A DNA stretch of 24,000 nucleotides from Microvirga sp. (GTDB lineage Bacteria > Pseudomonadota > Alphaproteobacteria > Rhizobiales > Beijerinckiaceae). A program made the translations under genes and the position numbers. The stretch is from positions 124,453-148,452 of the forward strand of contig JAVBJU010000002.1 in NCBI GenBank assembly GCA_031546825.1. Reading direction: 5' to 3'. The notes under the pieces are model-generated. The model did not search any database and had not been told where the DNA came from. It saw nothing but the letters and a program-made list of their open reading frames with translations. This document shows, in pieces, positions 17,785 to 24,000 of the stretch. The stretch's first letter is position 1. Every line of letters starts with the position of its first letter.

Positions 17785-18470
17785 AAAACATCAGACAGGA
17801 AGTGTTCGAGGCCAATATTTCCTTGCCGAAGATGGGGCTGGTGCTCTTCACCTGGGGCAATGCCTCGGCCATCGACCGGGCACGCGGCCTCGTTTTCATC
17901 AAGCCGTCGGGCGTACCCTATGACGCCATGACCGCGAAAGATATGGTGGTGACGGATCTGGATGGGCGCGTGGTTGAGGGCAGACTGAAGCCATCTTCGG
18001 ACCTACCGACGCATCTCGTATTGTACAGAGCTTTTCCCGAAATCGGCGGTGTGGTCCACACCCATTCGAGCCATGCCACCGCCTGGGCGCAAGCTGGCGA
18101 GAGCATTCCCATGGAAGGCACGACGCAGGCCGATTATTTCTATGGTGGCGTGCCCTGCACCCGCGCCATGACCGATGCCGAGATCACGGGTGCCTATGAA
18201 GCTGAGACCGGCAACGTCATTGTCGAAACCTTTCGCACAGGCGGCTTCAGCCCGTTGGAGCGCCCCGCGGTGCTGGTGCGCAATCACGGCCCCTTCACCT
18301 GGGGCAAGGATGTGCACGAAGCCGTTCATAACGCCGCTGTGCTGGAAGAAGTGGCCCGGATCGGGATATTGTCACGCCTTGCCGGGCGTCCGCAGGAAGC
18401 GCAAAAGGCGCTTCTCGACAAGCACTTCCTGCGCAAGCACGGTGCCAATGCCTATTACGGACAGAGCTAA
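17781..18470 (+). CDS. ulaF: L-ribulose-5-phosphate 4-epimerase
   Basis: [67 protein letters not shown]...[33 protein letters not shown]. 4-bp ATGA overlap with ulaE. Confidence 0.95.
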   Translation: MKNIRQEVFEANISLPKMGLVLFTWGNASAIDRARGLVFIKPSGVPYDAMTAKDMVVTDLDGRVVEGRLKPSSDLPTHLVLYRAFPEIGGVVHTHSSHATAWAQAGESIPMEGTTQADYFYGGVPCTRAMTDAEITGAYEAETGNVIVETFRTGGFSPLERPAVLVRNHGPFTWGKDVHEAVHNAAVLEEVARIGILSRLAGRPQEAQKALLDKHFLRKHGANAYYGQS

Positions 18471-18504
18471 CCCTAATTTTTTGCACAACGCCAGCGAGGG
18501 CACC

Positions 18505-18765
18505 ATGCAAACCAGAATTGTGGAAGTCGTTAATCCCACCGGCCTGCATACCCGGCCCGGCAATATGTTCGTCAAAAAGGCCAAAGAATTCACCTCCGTC
18601 GTCACCGTCGCCAAAGGCGACAAAGAAGTGAATGCCAAAAGCCTGCTGACCCTGATGAAAGCGGGCATCTGTCAGGGCGACAAAATCACCATCAAGGCAG
18701 AGGGCAGCGACGAGGCGGAAGCCGTTATCGCGCTGGCAGACCTGGTTGCATCCCTGACAGAGTGA
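18505..18765 (+). CDS. ptsH: HPr-type phosphocarrier protein
   Basis: 86 aa: MQTRIVEVVNPTGLHTRPGNMFVKKAKEFTSVVTVAKGDKEVNAKSLLTLMKAGICQGDKITIKAEG. His15 (GLHTRP) and Ser46 (AKSLLTLM) are both present. Confidence 0.95.
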   Translation: MQTRIVEVVNPTGLHTRPGNMFVKKAKEFTSVVTVAKGDKEVNAKSLLTLMKAGICQGDKITIKAEGSDEAEAVIALADLVASLTE

Positions 18766-18770
18766 GAATC

Positions 18771-20519
18771 ATGCAGCGTTTTTCGGGCATCGCCGCTTCG
18801 CCAGGCATCGCCATCGGTCAGGCTTTCCTTTACGTCTCGCCAAAGCTCGACTTTCCCATGGGCACAATTGCGGAAGCGCAGCGGGACGATGAAATCGCCC
18901 TGTGGCGGCGCGGGCGCGATAAAGCCCAACACAGGCTCCAGGCGCTGGTCGATAAGTTCACCGCGTCCGGTAACGACGATATGGCGGGTGTCTTCGAAGG
19001 CCATATTGAAATACTGACCGACGAAGGCATTGAAGAAGCGGTCTGCGATCTTATCCGCAATGGCAGTTTCGCACTCAATGCCAGCCGCGATGTCATGGAA
19101 GCGCAGCGTGCGGAGTTTCTCGCACTCGACGACGAATACATGCGCCAGCGCGCCGATGATATCGGCGATATTGCCCGCCAGTTGCTCTACGCCATTGCGG
19201 GCATCGCATTCATTGACCTCACGCGCCTCCCCATGGGCACGGTGATCATCGCCAATGATCTCGTGCCGTCCGACACCGCACAGATCGACCCCAAAGCTGT
19301 GGTTGGCATCATCACCGAAACCGGCGGGCGCACCAGCCACACCGCCATCATGGCGCGCACCTTTGAAATCCCCGCTGTGGTCGGCTGCTCCGGCATCATG
19401 GCGCAACTCTCCGACGGCTGTGCACTCGTGGTGGATGGCGGCGAAGGGAACATCGTGCGCGACGCCGATGAAAAAACCCTGTCCGACTACCGCGCAGCGC
19501 AGGCACGTGCCGCCGAAGAGCGCCAGCAAATGCTCGCGCTCGCGCCATTGCCCCCCACCACACGTGACGGCATCACTGTGGCGCTTGCCGCCAATATCGG
19601 CACTCCCGCCGATGCCGAGGCCGCGCTGCCCTGGAACCCCGATGGCGTCGGCCTTTACCGCACCGAATGCCGGTTCATGGATCGTGCGGGGACACCCAGC
19701 GAAGAAGAGCAATACCGCGCCTTTTCAGCGGTCGCCAAAGCGATGCCCGGGAAAGACATCATCATCCGCACACTCGATGTGGGCGGCGACAAACCTATTG
19801 CCGCCATCGCCTTCCCCCACGAAGACAATCCCTTCCTTGGCTGGCGGGGCCTGCGCATGTGCCTGTGGCCGGAGGATGGCCACCAGGAGATCCTGCGCAC
19901 CCAGATACGGGCCGCATTACGCGCTGCCGTTCACGGCCACATCATGCTGATGTATCCGATGATATCGTCGTTCGAAGAGGTCGAAGCGGTCAATGAGCTG
20001 TTCGCTGACGTGAAGCGAGAACTCACCGCCGCTGCAATCCCCTTCGGCAATGTGAAAACCGGCATCATGATAGAGACGCCGGGTGCGGCGCTCATCGCCG
20101 ACAAATTGGCTGAAGTGGTTGATTTCTTCTCAATCGGCTCCAATGATCTGACGCAGTATACGCTGGCAGCCGATCGCGGTAATAAGCAGATCGCGCGCTG
20201 CTACCAGCCGTTTCACCCCGCCGTTTTCCGCCTGGTCGCCTCGGTGATAGATGCCGGCAAAAGCCATAATGTGATGGTCGGCATGTGCGGCGAACTCGCA
20301 GGCATGGAGGAAGCCGCCCTGCCACTGCTCGGGCTTGGGCTCGATGAATTCAGCATGGGCGCACAATCCCTGCCCCGCATCAAACGGATCATCCGCGCCG
20401 CAACCATGGACGATGCCAGAATGGCGGCACGGCAGGTTCTTGATGCCCGCACGGCGGAAGAAGCCTTCCGTCTCGCCCATGAAATCATGCAGACCGTATT
20501 AACCCGGGGAGCGCTCTGA
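18771..20519 (+). CDS. ptsI: Phosphoenolpyruvate-protein phosphotransferase (PTS Enzyme I)
   Basis: MQRFSGIAASPGIAIGQAFLY...IITETGGRTSHTAIMARTFEIPAVVG...DGVGLYRTE...IIRTLDVGGDKPI...GIMIETPGAALIADKLAEVVDFFSIGSNDLTQYTLAADRGN. No N-terminal GAF domain, unlike EI-Ntr. Confidence 0.97.
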   Translation: MQRFSGIAASPGIAIGQAFLYVSPKLDFPMGTIAEAQRDDEIALWRRGRDKAQHRLQALVDKFTASGNDDMAGVFEGHIEILTDEGIEEAVCDLIRNGSFALNASRDVMEAQRAEFLALDDEYMRQRADDIGDIARQLLYAIAGIAFIDLTRLPMGTVIIANDLVPSDTAQIDPKAVVGIITETGGRTSHTAIMARTFEIPAVVGCSGIMAQLSDGCALVVDGGEGNIVRDADEKTLSDYRAAQARAAEERQQMLALAPLPPTTRDGITVALAANIGTPADAEAALPWNPDGVGLYRTECRFMDRAGTPSEEEQYRAFSAVAKAMPGKDIIIRTLDVGGDKPIAAIAFPHEDNPFLGWRGLRMCLWPEDGHQEILRTQIRAALRAAVHGHIMLMYPMISSFEEVEAVNELFADVKRELTAAAIPFGNVKTGIMIETPGAALIADKLAEVVDFFSIGSNDLTQYTLAADRGNKQIARCYQPFHPAVFRLVASVIDAGKSHNVMVGMCGELAGMEEAALPLLGLGLDEFSMGAQSLPRIKRIIRAATMDDARMAARQVLDARTAEEAFRLAHEIMQTVLTRGAL

Positions 20520-20738
20520 CCCCTGTTCGACCCCATGAAACTGGATATCTTGAACATATCGAACTTTGTCCCATCTGTTCCCCTTGAAGTGCAGCATGGC
20601 AACGGGTTAGGTTCGCGATCGTCATGATGCCGTGAAAACGGGCGGATTGCAGGATAAGACCGCTTGCGCAATCGGGAATGAGTACGGCATCAGCCGGTAC
20701 CTCTCCTTATATTCGTTTGGGCGGCGAAGGAGCGAAGC

Positions 20739-21599
20739 GTGCCTCACAAGACCCCCGCCATCGCAGCGGAAACCGGAAAGACAAGAAAGACCCGCAAGAA
20801 TGTGCCCGGTCGCGCCACCTCGTTGCGGCGGCAGCGGCTGCTTGCACAAATCGGACGTTCCGAAGAAATCCGCGTCACGGAACTGGCAGAGGCGTTTCAA
20901 GTGTCCGAGCTGACGATCCGCCGCGATCTCGACCAGATGGAGCAGGAAGGCCTGATCGACCGCTTCCACGGCGGCGCGCGCCTGCCCAGCACCATGCGCC
21001 CCGAAATTCTATTCGATGACAAGCCGCTTCTGCGTGCCCATGAAAAGGAAGCCATTGGCCGGGCTGCGGCGGAACTCATCAATGACGGCGAAACCGTGCT
21101 GGTCAATGGTGGCACCACCACCCTCGCCGTGCTGCGACATCTGCGCAGCAAAAGCATCTGCGTCGTCACCAACAACGCTGCCGCACCGCTGGAAATGGGC
21201 GAGTCCCGAATCGAGCTGATCCTGCTTGGCGGGCAATACCGGGCAAAATCCCGTTCGCTGTTTGGCGAGTTGGCCGCTCTCACCCTGTCGCAGGTCAATG
21301 GCGGTGTTTGCATTCTCGGCACCAACGGCATCAGCTCCCGCACCGGTACCACAACCTCGGTCTATTCCGAAGGGGCCATCAATCGCCTGATGTCCGAACG
21401 CTGTGCGGGCAAGGTGATTGTCGTTGCCGACGGCACCAAGATCGGCGCCGTCTCGTCGTTTTCGAGCGTTCCGCTGAAGCGCGTCGATATCCTGATTACC
21501 GACTCCTCGGCAGACCCGGACGAACTCGCCGCCATCCGCGCAGCGGGGGTTGAGGTTATCGTGTGCCCCATAAGCAATAGCAACGCATACGCAGGATAG
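20739..21599 (+). CDS. DeoR-family transcriptional regulator (candidate regulator of the ula locus)
   Basis: LRRQRLLAQIGRSEEIRVTELAEAFQVSELTIRRDLDQMEQEGLIDRFHGGARLP...LVNGGTTTLAVLRHLRSKSICVVTNN. GTG start at 20739 preceded by a GAAGGAG SD. Confidence 0.93.
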   Translation: MPHKTPAIAAETGKTRKTRKNVPGRATSLRRQRLLAQIGRSEEIRVTELAEAFQVSELTIRRDLDQMEQEGLIDRFHGGARLPSTMRPEILFDDKPLLRAHEKEAIGRAAAELINDGETVLVNGGTTTLAVLRHLRSKSICVVTNNAAAPLEMGESRIELILLGGQYRAKSRSLFGELAALTLSQVNGGVCILGTNGISSRTGTTTSVYSEGAINRLMSERCAGKVIVVADGTKIGAVSSFSSVPLKRVDILITDSSADPDELAAIRAAGVEVIVCPISNSNAYAG

Positions 21600-21606
21600 C
21601 GTATTT

Positions 21607-22224
21607 TCAATCGCTCCTCTCGACCATCGCGATGATCGTTTTGAAGAGCTCGTCCTTCGCCTGCTGAGCGGTCAGCTCGTTGACCGCGGCGGCATACGAC
21701 AAAGCCTCCGCCGCACCGAGCATCGCCCATAGAGCCGATAAGGCGATGCTCCCACCCTTGGAAAAAGGTGAAAGCACGCCCCGACACTTCTCAATAAATG
21801 CTGTCTGATATTCGCGTTTAATTTTTTCCAGTTCCGGCGAACCGGTCAATGCCGCGATAACTCCGGGGATCTCGCGGCCCTGTTTAAGCACACAATCAAT
21901 ATAGCACGATGAAATCAACATGGCCCTCGCCGACAAGGTCGTGTCGCTCGCCTCGAGTGCAGATTCGATGACCGCATTCTGGCGTGCATCAAACTCCTGA
22001 TAGAGCACCGCGAATAGTCTGGTTCGCGTGCCAAAATGGTCGTAAACGACGGGCTTTGTTACGCCCGATTGCTCGGCAAGGGACCCAAGGGTTAGCGCTT
22101 CCGTGCCTTGTTCCCCAACTAGCCTCCACGCAACGTCCAACAGTTGGCGATAGCGCTCTGCTCTCGACATTCGGCGGCGCGATGACGCGCTGGCAACCTG
22201 CGTTTTTGGTTCGGTGCTTGACAT
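21607..22224 (-). CDS. TetR-family transcriptional regulator
   Basis: MSRAERYRQLLDVAWRLVGEQGTEALTLGSLAEQSGVTKPVVYDHFGTRTRLFAVLYQEFD, a canonical TetR HTH. Start at MSSTEPK (22224). Confidence 0.94.
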   Translation of the reverse strand: MSSTEPKTQVASASSRRRMSRAERYRQLLDVAWRLVGEQGTEALTLGSLAEQSGVTKPVVYDHFGTRTRLFAVLYQEFDARQNAVIESALEASDTTLSARAMLISSCYIDCVLKQGREIPGVIAALTGSPELEKIKREYQTAFIEKCRGVLSPFSKGGSIALSALWAMLGAAEALSYAAAVNELTAQQAKDELFKTIIAMVERSD

Positions 22225-22228
22225 ATTA

Positions 22229-22259
22229 ATATACCAAAAGTAACTTACTATTAGTATAT
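22229..22259. promoter_or_regulatory. 31-bp imperfect palindrome, candidate TetR-family operator
   Basis: ATATACcAAaAGTAAcTTACTaTTaGTATAT centred on 22244. 13 of 15 positions are complementary. It lies in the 78-bp intergenic between divergent tetR and the quinone reductase-like gene. Confidence 0.7.
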
Positions 22260-22302
22260 AAATACGCCATTCTCTCATTTCTTGCAAGCAGGAGGCTTCC
22301 GC

Positions 22303-22911
22303 ATGCACGCGCTCATTGTCCTCGCACATCCCCTCGCCTCATCACTCAGCCACAGTATTGTCACCCAGATTGCCGAAGGCATAATCCAGTCAAACCCCGA
22401 TAACTCTGTCGAAATAGCGGACATTACCAAGGAAGGGTTCGATCCTCGATTCAGCATTGCTGATATCGCTGCCTTTCACAAAGAGGCTCCGCCGCCCGCC
22501 GATGTTATCGCCGAACAGGCGCGCATTGATCGCGCCGATGCACTCGTGCTGGTCTTTCCTGTTTATTGGTGGTCGATGCCAGCAGTGCTTAAAGGCTGGA
22601 TTGATCGCGTGTTCAGCAATGGTTGGGCTTACGATGAAGCCCCGGACACCAAACCGGTGAAGAAGCTTGGTCGTCTCCCCGTACATCTGGTTGCGATCGG
22701 TGCGGCACATAGAGAAACGTACTTGCGGCACAGCTTTGCTGAAGCCATGAAGACGCAAATCGAGCACGGCATTTTTGATTATTGTGGCGCCCCCATCTTG
22801 AGCTCCGATCTATTACTCCTCCCGGAATTGCAAGAACCAAACGCATATCAGAATGTCGCCCACGTCATTGGCCGCAAAGTATTTACCACGCAGAGGGCCG
22901 AAGCAGTATGA
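22303..22911 (+). CDS. NAD(P)H-dependent oxidoreductase / NAD(P)H:quinone reductase (flavodoxin-like fold)
   Basis: MHALIVLAHPLASSLSHSIVTQIAEGI...DALVLVFPVYWWSMPAVLKGWIDRVFSNGWAYDE. Confidence 0.92.
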   Translation: MHALIVLAHPLASSLSHSIVTQIAEGIIQSNPDNSVEIADITKEGFDPRFSIADIAAFHKEAPPPADVIAEQARIDRADALVLVFPVYWWSMPAVLKGWIDRVFSNGWAYDEAPDTKPVKKLGRLPVHLVAIGAAHRETYLRHSFAEAMKTQIEHGIFDYCGAPILSSDLLLLPELQEPNAYQNVAHVIGRKVFTTQRAEAV

Positions 22912-22912
22912 A

Positions 22913-23299
22913 TTACACCGCACCGCTCGTTTCGTTCGGCGGCGGTGCGTTCAAGCTTCGCGCCAAACGCTCAATCCGCTCCGCCGTCTGGTCGATTTTT
23001 TCGGCAAAGCGACTGGCGAGGATGGTGCTGCGCTCATCCCCTAGGGAGGCCATCGACTGATAATCAGCAAGTTCGGCCTGGGCCTTTTCAAGTTTGACGC
23101 GCAAATCCATGACTTCATCGGCGACGGTCAACGCTGCCATGACATGCAAACGCATATCGCCGATCTCGCCAAATGCCTGGCGCATTTCGTCGATACGGCT
23201 GTCGAACAGCGCGGCAAGCCCTTCGAGATGGGCTTCCTCGCCGTCGCCGCACGCCATGCGGTAGGACCGTCCGGCAATCGTCACCATGATCTGCGGCAT
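22913..23299 (-). CDS. zapA: Cell division protein ZapA
   Basis: MPQIMVTIAGRSYRMACGDGEEAHLEGLAALFDSRIDEMRQAFGEIGDMRLHVMAALTVADEVMDL, a ZapA N-terminal signature. Confidence 0.93.
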   Translation of the reverse strand: MPQIMVTIAGRSYRMACGDGEEAHLEGLAALFDSRIDEMRQAFGEIGDMRLHVMAALTVADEVMDLRVKLEKAQAELADYQSMASLGDERSTILASRFAEKIDQTAERIERLARSLNAPPPNETSGAV

Positions 23300-23317
23300 T
23301 GTCCCGATCTCTCTTTT

Positions 23318-23593
23318 TTACGCGCCGGTTTCCGACAGAAGGCGTCGCATTGCGTCGGATGCGCGCGTCACGCGTTCCTGCACATCCTGCGTCACGGCAT
23401 CAAGTTTTTTAAGGCGATCCGTGGTCCCCTCCAGGTCGATGGCAAGGCGGGCGCGGTCGTCCTGCATGATCTGAAGTTCGGTCTCCAGATCACCGCGCCG
23501 CTTTTCGACATCAACCTTGCGGGTCACAGACGCCTCGAGCATCCCGAGCGCCGTATCCAGCCGTTTCAATGCTTCATCCAACGATGGCGTCAT
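23318..23593 (-). CDS. DUF4164-like coiled-coil protein
   Basis: 91-aa coiled-coil ORF immediately upstream of zapA on the same strand; TPSLDEALKRLDTALGMLEASVTRK... Confidence 0.75.
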   Translation of the reverse strand: MTPSLDEALKRLDTALGMLEASVTRKVDVEKRRGDLETELQIMQDDRARLAIDLEGTTDRLKKLDAVTQDVQERVTRASDAMRRLLSETGA

Positions 23594-23883
23594 GACGCCT
23601 CCTGCGCGAAAACTGATTCTTTACTTAAAGCCCTTGCTGCCCGCTCGCAATCTTGAGAGGCCCCGCGGACCAACATGAATGCCCGGTATCCCCTGAGATA
23701 TGGAGCAAGAAGAGTGTTCCGCCATACCCATCGCAAACTTGCTAAACCATCCACCGACCAATGCGCCATCTGTTTTCATTTTCAACTGCCACAGGTTTGA
23801 TTCAGAAAAACCCCATGCTATTGAACACCGTCCGCTGCTTCGCGCGGGCATCATCTTTCCTGCACTCCCACGGACGTTGCATC

Positions 23884-24000
23884 GTGCCCCAAACACCAGC
23901 CACCACCCCGCTAACCCATGCCGATCTCGCCAATGCCGTGCGCGCGCTGGCCATTGATAGTGTGGAGCGGGCCAATTCCGGACACCCCGGTTTGCCGCTT
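23884..24000 (+). CDS. tkt: Transketolase, N-terminal part (truncated by window end)
   Basis: GTG at 23884 reads (M)[38 protein letters not shown], open to the window end. LANA(V/I)[17 protein letters not shown] is transketolase-typical. An in-frame ATG at 23815 is an alternative start. Absent from the ORF track because there is no stop in the window. Confidence 0.88.
   Translation, partial: MPQTPATTPLTHADLANAVRALAIDSVERANSGHPGLPL

Noticed and set aside
18672-19712. 346-aa minus-strand ORF antisense to Enzyme I
   Set aside because: Longest shadow ORF, but Enzyme I motifs on the plus strand are decisive.
23144-23656. 170-aa plus-strand ORF over zapA and the DUF4164-like gene
   Set aside because: Antisense to two supported genes; no domain signal.
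23621-23957. Small ORFs on both strands in the gap before tkt (23621..23896 - and 23700..23957 +)
   Set aside because: The plus ORF is out of frame with transketolase and overlaps it; neither has recognisable content, so this is treated as intergenic.
1-24000. Search for CRISPR arrays, transposases, integrases, toxin-antitoxin or phage genes
   Set aside because: No regularly spaced repeats and no such protein signatures were recognised in any translated ORF.

Overview
This 24 kb chromosomal window looks like Brucella/Ochrobactrum-type Rhizobiales, judged from gene order and protein character. From left to right it holds:
- a Sel1-repeat protein;
- a leftward yebC - ruvC - Cys-rich hypothetical - ChaN-like - ruvA group, with no ruvB behind ruvA;
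- a phosphodiester-glycosidase-like protein and a DUF1287-like protein;
- a LysR gene divergent from a CitMHS transporter, AtuA-like and small AtuA-related module;
- a DUF2569-like membrane protein;
- a YmdB/TIGR00282-type phosphoesterase;
- 5-formyl-THF cyclo-ligase preceded by 6S RNA (ssrS).
Next comes the main feature, a complete L-ascorbate PTS catabolic locus: leftward ulaC-ulaG-ulaA-ulaB, and rightward ulaD-ulaE-ulaF-HPr-EI-DeoR. A tetR/NAD(P)H-quinone-reductase-like divergent pair follows, then zapA, a DUF4164-like gene and the start of transketolase. The most interesting observations are a transport PTS carrying its own HPr and EI, lodged between ssrS/fau and zapA (a normally close neighbourhood); repeated putative operators in its intergenic regions; a strong palindrome in the tetR intergenic; and extra genes between ruvC and ruvA. 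No mobile element, CRISPR array, tRNA or rRNA was recognised.
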